From Candidatus Omnitrophica bacterium UBA6253 (GTDB lineage Bacteria; Omnitrophota; Gorgyraeia; Gygaellales; Profunditerraquicolaceae), in contig DJVP01000005.1 in assembly GCA_002441245.1 (NCBI GenBank), positions 2,303 to 66,302 on the forward strand: a stretch of DNA of 64,000 nt. Direction: 5' to 3'. Within the stretch, counting starts at the first letter, position 1, and every line of letters begins with the position of its first letter. Shown here piece by piece: positions 39,234 through 48,753 of this stretch. The translations under genes and the position numbers were made by a program. The notes under the pieces were generated by a model. The model saw only the letters and a list, made by a program, of their open reading frames with translations. It did not search any database and was not told the origin of the DNA.

Positions 39234-39804
39234 ATTGGGGGGGGTCGAAGTTTCTCGTTTTTGAAGGATTTAGGTGGCCGGGTTGTCATCTTATATCTAA
39301 ATGCAGGATGGTTTAAAAAATAAAAGGGTATTAACAGGAGGATGCACTTGTATTTTGACAGGGGTATTTGGTAATTTTTACGCTTACCTATAACATTAGG
39401 CAATAGGGGTGAGGATTGAAACTGGGCGGTTGGATTTTTATGGTTGTTTCGTGGAGCTTTATCATAGGCTTGTTTATATTCTGTTATAGCCGCATATTTA
39501 TAAAAGGGCTTGGCGGAGAAGATCCTAAAACATTAAAGCAGTCTAAGAAATAGGAGGATTCATATAGACTAATGTATTGCAAGAGCCGGTTGTATCAGCG
39601 CTTGTGATTTTGCTCCCATTCTTGTTTTTGTTTTAGCCTGCCTTTTAACTAAACCGTTTTTACTCGTCTGTTTTAGAAATAGCAAAAACCAATTCATTCA
39701 ATCGCCTCTTCGTGTTATAATTAAAAAATAAGTTTGTACGCGCCTGCCTGGTGCCAGGTAATTATTTTGATTATCGAGGGGTGTCGTAGGCAACGGAGGA
39801 TTCG

Positions 39805-40803
39805 ATGATATGTAAGAAATGTGTTTTACCAGAGAGTAAGCCAGATATCTGGCTTAATGAAGAAGGAATTTGCAATGTGTGTTTAGGGCATGAGAAAGAA
39901 AAACAGCCCAGGAATAAAACCCTGGAGACTGATTTCATTAAGTTATTAAAAATGTATAAAAGTAGCGGGAAGTATGATTGCCTTGTTATGTGTAGCGGAG
40001 GAAAAGACAGTACTTCAGCCCTCTATTATATGAAAAAAAGATATAAATTAAATCCGCTTGCTTTTACATTTGATCATGGTTTTGAGACGGAAGATGCGAT
40101 GGAGAATGTAAAAAACGCCGTAGAGGTATTGGGGGTAGATTTCCTATTTTTCAAGACTGAATTTATGAAAGACATGTTTTCTGAAATTATTAAAACTCAA
40201 AGTAAGGCTTCTATATGCCATCTTTGTTCAATTTGGTATATGGATCTTACTTTTAAGATGGCAGCCAAGTTTAACATCCCTATAATTATTGCGGGTTGGA
40301 CTAAGGGGCAATCTACAAAACAACCGTTAATGTCAAGATGCGGCTGCAGTATGCATCAACCCGAATTTCACTCTATGGCAAAATCTACAAATGATTTTCT
40401 TGATAAATATATAAAAAGTAACCCTAAATACAAAGATTTTCCTAAAAGCATGGAAGAGGTTCTGTCGAGAGCTAAGATTAGGCAGAAATGCGTTGTTTTG
40501 TCGCCCCACTGGTTTTTACCTTTTGATCCGGAGACTTACGTTGAGATGATAAAAAAAGAGTTAAAATGGAAGTTGCCCAAACTAAGCTATCCGGAAAATT
40601 CAACTAATTGTTATTTGAATTTTATCTCTGTTTATAACACCATGAGAGACTATGGGTATACACATTATCATGTTGAGATGAGCAAGCTTATCCGAGAAGG
40701 ATTATTAACCAGGGAAGAGGCGTTAAAGAGCCTGGAAGTTAATTTTCCTAAGGAATTATTAAATTCAATTGGTTCAAGATTAGGTTATCGATTTAGCGAC
40801 TAA
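39805..40803 (+). CDS. N-acetyl-sugar amidotransferase (PP-loop ATPase, WbuX/WbpG-like)
   Basis: An N-terminal CxxC...CxxC zinc ribbon (CKKCVLPES...CNVCLGHE) is followed by the PP-loop SGGKDS. The region is AT-rich. Confidence 0.6.
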   Translation: MICKKCVLPESKPDIWLNEEGICNVCLGHEKEKQPRNKTLETDFIKLLKMYKSSGKYDCLVMCSGGKDSTSALYYMKKRYKLNPLAFTFDHGFETEDAMENVKNAVEVLGVDFLFFKTEFMKDMFSEIIKTQSKASICHLCSIWYMDLTFKMAAKFNIPIIIAGWTKGQSTKQPLMSRCGCSMHQPEFHSMAKSTNDFLDKYIKSNPKYKDFPKSMEEVLSRAKIRQKCVVLSPHWFLPFDPETYVEMIKKELKWKLPKLSYPENSTNCYLNFISVYNTMRDYGYTHYHVEMSKLIREGLLTREEALKSLEVNFPKELLNSIGSRLGYRFSD

Positions 40804-40870
40804 CAGAAAATTCGAATAAGAATGATATTGTTGGCTAAGGCCGCAAGCCCGAAAATAAGAAGACGGATAA

Positions 40871-41116
40871 ATGTATTATTTACTTAGGAAAATACGGGAA
40901 ATAACCAAGTTCTTTGTCAGAGTGATTCAAAGAATTCTTTTGATGATATTTTTAACTATTTTGTATTTTCTTGGTTTTGGGTTTACTTTATTTTTACTGC
41001 TGTTTTTTAATCGCAAGGTTTTAAATATAAATAAGAAATGTAATTTAGATCCTACGTTTTGGGATATAGCCGAAGGGTATGAAGCAGATATCAATGATAG
41101 CATAAGGCAGTCTTAA
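40871..41116 (+). CDS. Small membrane protein, SxtJ-like (carbamoyltransferase-associated)
   Basis: 81 aa with a 2-TM hydrophobic core. It is the first of two small ORFs preceding a NodU/CmcH carbamoyltransferase. Confidence 0.4.
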   Translation: MYYLLRKIREITKFFVRVIQRILLMIFLTILYFLGFGFTLFLLLFFNRKVLNINKKCNLDPTFWDIAEGYEADINDSIRQS

Positions 41117-41129
41117 CAAGGGGGAATTA

Positions 41130-41291
41130 TTGAAGAAGGTTATTTATGTACTCAAGGAATTTTTTTATTTAGTTAAGAAACATAAGTTATTGTTTTTAGC
41201 CCCGATATTTATCACATTCGCTTTATTGGTATTTTTAGTTTATTCAATCGGGCCAGCTGCGATAACCGCATTTATCTATGCCGGATTCTAA
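41130..41291 (+). CDS. DUF5989-family small membrane protein (not in ORF track; TTG start)
   Basis: 53 aa, LKKVIYVLKEFFYLVKKHKLLFLAPIFITFALLVFLVYSIGPAAITAFIYAGF. It has the K-rich amphipathic N-terminus, single TM and C-terminal ...FIYxxF that are typical of DUF5989. A GGGGG RBS lies 5 nt upstream. Confidence 0.5.
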   Translation: MKKVIYVLKEFFYLVKKHKLLFLAPIFITFALLVFLVYSIGPAAITAFIYAGF

Positions 41292-41327
41292 TAAATTATG
41301 GATTGCCTCTAAGAAATAAACCTGTCT

Positions 41328-43022
41328 ATGAATATATTAGGGATATCTTGTTATTATCATGATTCAGCCGCTTGTTTAATAAAGGACGGTATAATTATAG
41401 CTGCCGCTCAAGAAGAAAGATTTAATCGCATAAAGAATTCGTTTTGTTTTCCCGTTAATGCCATTAATTATTGCATTCAAGAGTCAAATATTACCTTTCT
41501 TGATATCGACTATGTTGGGTTTTATGAAAAGCCTTTTCTTAAATTCCATCGAGTGATTTTAGACCATTTGAAAACATGGCCATTTTCTTTCTTGAATTTC
41601 CTAGATTCAATGCCAAAATGGCTTCAAGATAGATTAACCTTGCCTCTTACCTTAGAGAAAGAAATTGGGTTTAAAGGTAAAACCTTATTTGTTAAACACC
41701 ATCTTTCTCATGCAGCCAGCTCATTTTTAGTTTCGCCTTTTGACCAGGCAGCTATTCTGACTTGTGATGGAATAGGGGAGTGGGCCACTCTGGCTTATGG
41801 TATTGGAAGAGGCAACCAGATCAAGATTTACAATGAATTGCGTTATCCCCATTCACTGGGGTTATTGTATTCAACATTAACCGCATATCTTGGATTCTCC
41901 GCAAACCAGGAAGAAGGTACGGTTATGGCATTGGCTAGTTGCGGCAACCCTGTTTTTCTGGATAAATTCAGGAAAATCTTTGTTATAAAACCGGATGGCA
42001 GTTTTATTTTAGATACCAGTTATTTTAACTTTAATAAAGGCCGCAGGATGTACAGTAATAAATTTATAAAAACTTTCGGAAATGATAGGAAGTTTAATGA
42101 TATCCTTGAGACGAGGCATTGTGATATAGCCTGCAGCCTTCAGAAGTTTGTTGAAGAGGTATTAATTACTATTACCAGGAATATTTATAATGAAACGAAG
42201 ATGGAAAAACTTTGTCTTGCTGGAGGGTCTTTCTTGAATTGTGTTGTAAATAATAAGATCCTAGAAGACAGCCTTTTTAAAGAAATTTTTATCCAGCCGG
42301 CTGCGGGTGATGCTGGCGGGGCTTTAGGGGCAGCTGCTTATATATATCACAGTATCCTTAAGAAAAATAGGAACTATATCATGACGCATCCTTATCTGGG
42401 GCCTGCTTTTTCAGCAAGCCAGATAAGAAGAATTTTGTTGAATTTTAACTTGATTTTCAAGGAATTTAATGAAACTGAATTAACTAAGCAAGTTGCAGAG
42501 AGATTGGCAAAGAACCAGATAGTAGGCTGGTTCCAGGGGAGGGCTGAATTTGGCCCCCGGGCCCTTGGTAACCGCTCTATTTTGGCCAATCCATGCAATC
42601 CTCAGGTTAAGGAACTATTAAATTCAAAGGTAAAGAAAAGAGAACCCTTTAGACCATATGCTCCTGCCGTATTAGAAGAAAGGGCTGATGAGTTTTTTGA
42701 AATGCGCTGTAAATCGCCCTTTATGCTGTTAGCTCCCAAGGTTAAAGAGGGGAAACGAACCCTTATCCCCGGGGTGGTGCATGTTGATGGGACAGCCAGA
42801 GTGCAAACTGTAAGCAAAGATACGAATCCGAGATTCTGGCAGTTAATTAAAGATTTTGAAAATATAACAGGGGTACCGATTGTGCTTAATACATCTTTTA
42901 ACCTGAGGAGAGAACCTATTGTTTGTTCTCCGGAAGACGCTGTGGGCAGTTTTAGAAAAAGTAAAATGGATTGTTTAGTATTGGAAAATTATGTGGTTGA
43001 TAAGAGGGGGTTAGTTGAATAA
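41328..43022 (+). CDS. Carbamoyltransferase (NodU/CmcH family)
   Basis: N-terminus is MNILGISCYYHDSAACLIKDG...AAQEERFNRIK. The HxxH / YcaO-unrelated Kae1-like fold and the C-terminal carbamoyltransferase domain are present. 564 aa. Confidence 0.9.
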   Translation: MNILGISCYYHDSAACLIKDGIIIAAAQEERFNRIKNSFCFPVNAINYCIQESNITFLDIDYVGFYEKPFLKFHRVILDHLKTWPFSFLNFLDSMPKWLQDRLTLPLTLEKEIGFKGKTLFVKHHLSHAASSFLVSPFDQAAILTCDGIGEWATLAYGIGRGNQIKIYNELRYPHSLGLLYSTLTAYLGFSANQEEGTVMALASCGNPVFLDKFRKIFVIKPDGSFILDTSYFNFNKGRRMYSNKFIKTFGNDRKFNDILETRHCDIACSLQKFVEEVLITITRNIYNETKMEKLCLAGGSFLNCVVNNKILEDSLFKEIFIQPAAGDAGGALGAAAYIYHSILKKNRNYIMTHPYLGPAFSASQIRRILLNFNLIFKEFNETELTKQVAERLAKNQIVGWFQGRAEFGPRALGNRSILANPCNPQVKELLNSKVKKREPFRPYAPAVLEERADEFFEMRCKSPFMLLAPKVKEGKRTLIPGVVHVDGTARVQTVSKDTNPRFWQLIKDFENITGVPIVLNTSFNLRREPIVCSPEDAVGSFRKSKMDCLVLENYVVDKRGLVE

Positions 43023-44316
43023 TAATAAACAGATCGTCCTAATATTTATTGCCGGATTAATTACAGCCTTATTTTTATTGGAGATTGGCTTGCGCATTGT
43101 AGGGTGTATTTTTAGAAACAATCTAGCGCCTGAAGCGATTTCCATATTCGGTAAAAAAGAAAAACAATATTGCATATTGTGTTTGGGGAATTCTTTTACA
43201 GCTGGCTATGGAGCTCCTAAAGGGGAAAGTTACCCAAGTCAATTGCAAAAACTGTTTGATAAAGAAGTTAAAGGTAAAAAGGTAAAGATTATAAATGCCG
43301 GCGTAGGCAATCAAAATTCAACGGAATTATTGAGTACGCTGGAATACAATATTATCAGGTGGAATCCAGATTTAATAATTCTCCAAACCGGACAGCCCAA
43401 CTTCTGGAATCAACATAAATATAGTCAGTATTTAGATAGAAAATATTGCGTTAATGCATTTTTAAGAAAGCCTATTTTTTATCTAAATGATTTTTTATAT
43501 TGCAGCCGAGTTTACAGGCTGAGTTTATTATTAATTCACGAAATGAAGAAATGGAGTGCGAATGAAGATCTGCAGATTGAAAAACATGATCCTTGTTATT
43601 CGGAAATAATGAAGCACTTTCGCCAGCTTGAGGCAACTAATAAAATGAGTCCCTTTAATGAAGGGAAACTTGAAGAAACGCTGAATTTTCTTAAGGGGGA
43701 AGTAGCTTTTTTCCCCCGGCAAGTGAATAGTTATCGTTTTATAGGAGATATTTATTTTTTTCAAGGAAGATACAGGGAAGCGGCAAGATGGTTTATCAGG
43801 GGCATACAGGCAGATCCCGGGTATAGGAGGGATGAAGAGGAAAATAAGAATTATTTTTTACTTAGAATGGTATATTTCAATTCGAATGACAAGAAAGTAA
43901 AAGAATTTATAGATGGATTTATGAGAGACTTTAGAAAATCTAACCCCGAGTATTTGGAAAACATTTTATTCCTGAAAGAACAAGAAATTTACGATTGGGT
44001 AGAGTCGGATATTAAAGAAATTATTAAAATTATCCAAAATAAGAAAATAAAGATAATTCTGCAAAATTATCCTCCCACTGTTAATATGGAGAAGGTGCCT
44101 TATTTCAACAGCCTCATTTTGCCTAAAATAGCCGAAGATTTTAATATAGCTTTTGTGGATAATTATAGAATCTTTCGGGGAATCCTTAGTAAAGGTGCAG
44201 AGGTGGGTGATTTTTTCGTTCCTGATGGCCATTGTAATGCAAGGGGCTATGAAATTATGGCAATGAGTTTATTTAATAAGATTATGGAAGGAAGAATGAT
44301 CGGGTCGGGTAGATAA
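43015..44316 (+). CDS. SGNH/GDSL-type hydrolase with N-terminal TM anchor and internal TPR-like insert
   Basis: Block I is LGNSFTAGYG, block III is GVGNQN, and block V is DGHCNARGYEIMA. The region between them is TPR-like (GDIYFFQGRYREAARWFIRGIQADPGY). Confidence 0.55.
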   Translation: MNNNKQIVLIFIAGLITALFLLEIGLRIVGCIFRNNLAPEAISIFGKKEKQYCILCLGNSFTAGYGAPKGESYPSQLQKLFDKEVKGKKVKIINAGVGNQNSTELLSTLEYNIIRWNPDLIILQTGQPNFWNQHKYSQYLDRKYCVNAFLRKPIFYLNDFLYCSRVYRLSLLLIHEMKKWSANEDLQIEKHDPCYSEIMKHFRQLEATNKMSPFNEGKLEETLNFLKGEVAFFPRQVNSYRFIGDIYFFQGRYREAARWFIRGIQADPGYRRDEEENKNYFLLRMVYFNSNDKKVKEFIDGFMRDFRKSNPEYLENILFLKEQEIYDWVESDIKEIIKIIQNKKIKIILQNYPPTVNMEKVPYFNSLILPKIAEDFNIAFVDNYRIFRGILSKGAEVGDFFVPDGHCNARGYEIMAMSLFNKIMEGRMIGSGR

Positions 44317-44426
44317 TGAAAAGCAAAGTTTATTTTTTAAACTAGCGAAGATATCCGGATTCTTTAGTTATTCACTTAGGTTAAGTTTTGTTTGATTTCT
44401 TAAGTACTCTTTAGTATAATCTGGAT

Positions 44427-44527
44427 AGTGCGATATCGGGGGAGGCTGGTTAACCGGCCTGAGAGTTCTGTGCAGTAAACAGATTACCCTTATGAACCTG
44501 ATCTGGATAATGCCAGCGGAGGGAGGT
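44427..44527 (+). ncRNA. TPP (thiamine pyrophosphate) riboswitch aptamer (THI element)
   Basis: GGGGGAGGCUGG...GGCCUGAGAG...ACCCUUAUGAACCUGAUCUGGAUAAUGCCAGCGGAGGGA matches the THI-box consensus (CUGAGA, ACCUGAUCUGGAUAAUGCCAGCG, AGGGA). Confidence 0.9.
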
Positions 44528-44536
44528 TAATGCGTG

Positions 44537-44566
44537 ACCCTTATGCAATTGGCATAAGGGTTTTTT
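44537..44566 (+). terminator. Intrinsic terminator acting as the TPP riboswitch expression platform
   Basis: ACCCUUAUGC-aauug-GCAUAAGGGU is a perfect 10-bp stem, followed by UUUUUU. Its 5' arm repeats the aptamer segment ACCCUUAUG. Confidence 0.85.
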
Positions 44567-44611
44567 GCTGTTAATTTAAATAGAGATAGTTAATAAAAAA
44601 AGGAGAAACCC

Positions 44612-45391
44612 ATGCAATTAGATGAAATAAAAATTTCCAAGGCCATTATTGAATCATATAACAACAAATTAATTGATGCACTTGATGTTGATGTTGCTAT
44701 TGTTGGGGCAGGACCTGCCGGTATGGTGTGTGGTTATTATCTGGCTAAAGCAGGAAAGAAAGTAGTGCTTTTTGAAAGAAAACTTTCAGTTGGCGGAGGC
44801 ATGTGGGGCGGAGGGATCATGTTTAATGAAATAGTGGTTCAGGATAAGGCCAAAGGTATTCTCGATGAATTTGGCATTAGAAGCAGGTGCTATGAACCGG
44901 GCTATTATTTAGCGGATTCCGTAGAGTCAGTATCAACTATCTGTTCTAAAGCGATGAAGGCAGGTCTGAGAATTTTTAACCTTATGAGCGTAGAGGATGT
45001 TATGGTACGAAGAAAGAAAGTAGTAGGCTTGGTATTGAATTGGACTGCGGTAGAAATGGCGAAGTTGCACGTTGATCCGATTACTATGCGCGCTAAAGTC
45101 GTGGTGGATGCGACAGGACATCCAGCAGAAGTAACGCGTATTGTTGAAAGAAAATCCGGAATAAGACTTAAGACAAAAACCGGGAAAACATTAGGAGAAG
45201 AATCAATGTGGGCGCAGGTGGGAGAAGAAACGATTGTGGAAAATTCAAAGCAGGCCTGTTCTGGTTTGTATACCTGTGGCATGTGTGCGAATGCGGTTTT
45301 TGGCGGCCCGCGTATGGGGCCGATATTCGGCGGAATGCTTCTTGCCGGTAAAAAAGTTGCCAAAGATTTGATCAATAAGCTTGTTTGCTAA
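44612..45391 (+). CDS. thi4: Thiazole synthase, Thi4 family (eukaryal/archaeal-type thiamine thiazole biosynthesis enzyme)
   Basis: FAD/NAD dinucleotide fold ([21 protein letters not shown]), [19 protein letters not shown] and the C-terminal [14 protein letters not shown]. Sits directly behind the TPP riboswitch. Confidence 0.85.
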   Translation: MQLDEIKISKAIIESYNNKLIDALDVDVAIVGAGPAGMVCGYYLAKAGKKVVLFERKLSVGGGMWGGGIMFNEIVVQDKAKGILDEFGIRSRCYEPGYYLADSVESVSTICSKAMKAGLRIFNLMSVEDVMVRRKKVVGLVLNWTAVEMAKLHVDPITMRAKVVVDATGHPAEVTRIVERKSGIRLKTKTGKTLGEESMWAQVGEETIVENSKQACSGLYTCGMCANAVFGGPRMGPIFGGMLLAGKKVAKDLINKLVC

Positions 45392-45495
45392 GATTAATTT
45401 TATAGCAAACAGGAGGAATAAAAGCCTGGGTGTGTTTTTCCGGGAAATTGTTTGTATTTGTAGTTTTCTGTTTTTAAGAATGATATAATTACGAT

Positions 45496-45993
45496 ATGAG
45501 TGCATATGAAAGGTATATAGTTTGCGCTAAAAGACTTGGCGCTAAGGATTCCAAAATAATTTCACCCAAGACTATAGTGGTTGCGGAATGGGTAAGAATT
45601 AAATGTAAATTTGGCTGTAGTGGTTATGGGCAAAGTTTGACCTGCCCACCTCATTCCCCGCTGCCTGATGAAACACGCCGGATTTTAAGTTTCTATAAAT
45701 CCGCAATTTTAGTCCAGGGCGGCGCTTATACAGATATCCATGCGCTTATCCCCGTATTAGAGAGAGAAATATTTCTGGGTGGTTATTTCAAAGCATTTGG
45801 AATGGGTGCTGGGCCGTGTGAGCTCTGCGTCCGTTGTGCTAAATTTTGCCGCTACCCGGAGAAAACCCGGCCTTCCATGGAGGCATGCGGGATAGATGTG
45901 TATTCTACTGTGCGGGGTAACGGATACCCGATTAAGGTGCTCAGGAATGGGGATTGTAAGGGTAATTATTACGGGGTAGTCTTAATTGAATAG
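45496..45993 (+). CDS. DUF2284 metal-binding protein (COG5423-like)
   Basis: Cys clusters in the DUF2284 arrangement: KCKFGCSGYGQSLTCPP ... CELCVRCAKFC. Confidence 0.6.
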   Translation: MSAYERYIVCAKRLGAKDSKIISPKTIVVAEWVRIKCKFGCSGYGQSLTCPPHSPLPDETRRILSFYKSAILVQGGAYTDIHALIPVLEREIFLGGYFKAFGMGAGPCELCVRCAKFCRYPEKTRPSMEACGIDVYSTVRGNGYPIKVLRNGDCKGNYYGVVLIE

Positions 45994-46010
45994 GGAGATG
46001 GAATAAATAG

Positions 46011-47333
46011 ATGGCACTCTTGGTAAAAAACGGGGTTTTTAAGACGGTTTTACGTATGGCTGTTCCGATGTTAGCCGGGACATTTGCCATGAACGCATAT
46101 AATTTGACTGATACCTGGTTTGTCTCTCGATTGGGTACTAAGGCTTTGGCTGCGATGTCATTTACTTTTCCGGTAGTCATGCTCTTAGTGTTTATCATGC
46201 GGGGGTTAGGGACTGGCGCTATGACGGTAGTTGCGCATGCCTTGGGCCGGGGAAAACAGCAAACTGCTGCGCGTATTACGACGCATGCTGTTTTTTTATC
46301 TTCTAGTCTGGCCTTGTGTCTTACAGTAGCCGGTCTCTTAACGATAAAACCGCTTTTTGCGCGGTTAGGCGCGGCAGGAGAGGTGCTTATCCTTACGCAG
46401 CAATATATGTGGATTTGGTATTGCGGATTGGTTATCAGGGTTGTCCAGATGATGTTCGCCGATATCATTATTGGCACGGGCAATACTAAAGCGGTAAGTT
46501 TCCTAATGGTTGGCGGGACAGTACTGAATTTTATCCTAGATCCCATGATGATCTTTGGATTATGGGGGTGTCCGAAGATGGGGGTACAGGGGGCGGCAAT
46601 AGCCACGGTTATTTCCGAAGTTCTCGTATTGCTAGCGGCATTCTATTTTATTCATGAAAAATACCGCCTGATCGTTTTCACTTCACATTCGCGTTTACGG
46701 ATTATATCATCGTGGCGGCGGATTTTGCGTATCGGGATACCTACTACTTTAAGCTCTATCTTGACGCCGGTTTCTGCCGCGATCGTTATCAAGATAGTTT
46801 CTGGTTTTGGCCGTGCCGCGGTTGCTGCTATCGGTGTTGCCAGTCGTATCGAAATGTTTGCTTTTATGATTCCTATGACGGTGGGGATGTCGCTAGTTCC
46901 ATTTGTTGCCCAGAATTACGGGGCGGGCAGATTCGACCGGATCAGGGCAGTACGAAAAGGCGCTATGTTATTCGCGTTGATTTTCGGCGTTATCATTGCC
47001 GGGGTTTTTTTGTTTATCGCGCACCCGCTTGGACGGTTGTTTTCGTCAGATCCTGAAGTCGTCGATATCCTGGTCCGGTATATATATATTACCTGTTTTG
47101 GTTACGGGTTCATGGAAATACATCGGTATTCAGGCTTTTGCATGATTGGCATCCATCAGCCGGTCTCTTCTGTTTTCTTAAATGCAATTCGCGTGATTAT
47201 TCTAATGATTCCTTTAGCGTATTTCGGAGCGAAATTATTCGGTATCTGTGGGATTTTTTGGGGAAGACTGATAACCGATATATGCTCGGCCGTCATTGGA
47301 ATCATATGGACAGGAAAAATCCTTAAAAAATAA
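46011..47333 (+). CDS. MATE family efflux transporter
   Basis: 12 TM segments. The N-terminus (VPMLAGTFAMNAYNLTDTWFVSRLGTKALAAMS) is typical of NorM/DinF. Confidence 0.85.
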   Translation: MALLVKNGVFKTVLRMAVPMLAGTFAMNAYNLTDTWFVSRLGTKALAAMSFTFPVVMLLVFIMRGLGTGAMTVVAHALGRGKQQTAARITTHAVFLSSSLALCLTVAGLLTIKPLFARLGAAGEVLILTQQYMWIWYCGLVIRVVQMMFADIIIGTGNTKAVSFLMVGGTVLNFILDPMMIFGLWGCPKMGVQGAAIATVISEVLVLLAAFYFIHEKYRLIVFTSHSRLRIISSWRRILRIGIPTTLSSILTPVSAAIVIKIVSGFGRAAVAAIGVASRIEMFAFMIPMTVGMSLVPFVAQNYGAGRFDRIRAVRKGAMLFALIFGVIIAGVFLFIAHPLGRLFSSDPEVVDILVRYIYITCFGYGFMEIHRYSGFCMIGIHQPVSSVFLNAIRVIILMIPLAYFGAKLFGICGIFWGRLITDICSAVIGIIWTGKILKK

Positions 47334-47604
47334 TCATAATAATTATTTATCTTATAATGATTGGAAAGTTTAGAAACCATTGATTAAATAGATCCGACAA
47401 CTTTTTATATATTTCTATTTATTGTTGATTCAAATACATAAAAGAGTATAATATTACTTAAATCTCACAAGGAGTTTCTTTGGAGAAGAAAAATAAACCT
47501 GTAAACAAGGGCAATCAGTCTGGTAAATTTCTCTAAAATCAACCCAAGTGTTTTGTGCTTAGCAGCACGAGACCTTGGGATTTATTTTCTTACAGAAAGA
47601 AAAA

Positions 47605-48753
47605 ATGAAAAGCCACAGGGAAGAACAAGAAGGGCAGTTGGATGCGGAAGTAAAAAGACTGCATAGTCGGTTGAAAGAAATTCGGGCAAAAGGCTTCTTG
47701 TGTACCGAAGAAGGTTTAATTATTCAGGATAGGCTTGAATATGCCGAGAGCGTTATTAATATCGTGCGTGAGCCATTGGTAGTTCTAGATGGGGGGTTAA
47801 AGGTAATTTTCGCCAATAAATCTTTTTATAATATTTTTAACTTGAAACCAAAAGAAACCTTAGGCCATTTTATCTATGATTTAGGAGGGCGTCAATGGGA
47901 CATCCCGGATTTACGTAAGCTTTTGAATGAAATCCTCCCCCGGGATAAAGTCATCAGCAATTTCCAGATAGAATATAATTTTTCTGGATTTGGAAAGCAT
48001 GTAGTGTTTTTTAACGCCGAATGGATACCTAGAGGGGCTGCCAGGCCGCAGCTAGTCCTTTTGGCTATTGAAGATATTACCGATAAAAAAAGATTAGAAG
48101 CATCTTTGCGGGACAGTCAATTCAAAATCCGCGCTGTTTTTGACCAGACCTTTCAATTCATCGGCTTAATGAATACTAAGGGTAATTTGATAGAAGCAAA
48201 TAGGGCTGCATTGGATTTCTCCGGGGTTGAAGCCTCAAAAGTACTAAACAAGCCTTTTTGGGAGACTTCATGGTGGGCGCATTCTAAAGAGTTGCAACAA
48301 AAGCTGCGTGATTCTATACATAAAGTAGCGTCAGGAGAATTTGTGCGTTTTGAAGCCACTCATGTCGCAAAAGACGGAAGCCTTCATTATATTGACTTTT
48401 CTCTTAAGCCAGTGAAAGATGAATCCGGTAAGGTTATTTTTATGATCCCCGAGGGGCGCGATATCACTGAGCGTAAGAAATTGGAAGAAGCATTGAAAGA
48501 GTCTTATACAGAGCTGGGGTTGCGTGTAAAAGTGCGTACCGCGGAACTTTCTAAAGCTAACGAGGATTTGCATAAAGAAATCAGGCGGCGCAGCCAAACA
48601 GAAAAGGAATTAAAAGTCAGGATGCAGGATTTGGAGCGGCTTAATAATCTTTCTGCCGGGAGGGAATTAAAAATAGAAGAGCTTGAGAGTAAGGTAAAAG
48701 AACTTCAGAAAAGATTGGAAAAAGATAAAAACAAGGAGCTTAAAAATGCTTAG
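47605..48753 (+). CDS. PAS-domain sensor protein with C-terminal coiled coil (no recognisable output domain)
   Basis: Two PAS-like segments and a long heptad coiled coil at the C-terminus (LEEALKESYTELGLRVKVRTAELSKANEDLHKEIRRRSQTEKELKVRMQDLERLNNL). No H-box or ATPase motif. The first ATG is at 47605. Confidence 0.55.
   Translation: MKSHREEQEGQLDAEVKRLHSRLKEIRAKGFLCTEEGLIIQDRLEYAESVINIVREPLVVLDGGLKVIFANKSFYNIFNLKPKETLGHFIYDLGGRQWDIPDLRKLLNEILPRDKVISNFQIEYNFSGFGKHVVFFNAEWIPRGAARPQLVLLAIEDITDKKRLEASLRDSQFKIRAVFDQTFQFIGLMNTKGNLIEANRAALDFSGVEASKVLNKPFWETSWWAHSKELQQKLRDSIHKVASGEFVRFEATHVAKDGSLHYIDFSLKPVKDESGKVIFMIPEGRDITERKKLEEALKESYTELGLRVKVRTAELSKANEDLHKEIRRRSQTEKELKVRMQDLERLNNLSAGRELKIEELESKVKELQKRLEKDKNKELKNA

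Noticed and set aside
45941-46606. 221-aa minus-strand ORF overlapping the MATE transporter gene
   Set aside because: It is entirely antisense to a well-supported + strand gene in a GC-richer region. The Pro/Arg/Ala-rich low-complexity translation is typical of antisense frames. There is no RBS and no homology signal.
47334-47604. Small hairpin GTGCT-tag-CAGCAC and AT-rich region upstream of the PAS gene as a structured RNA
   Set aside because: It is a 5-bp stem only, with no second copy or conserved context. It is more likely just promoter and UTR (TTGATT-N16-TATAAT present).
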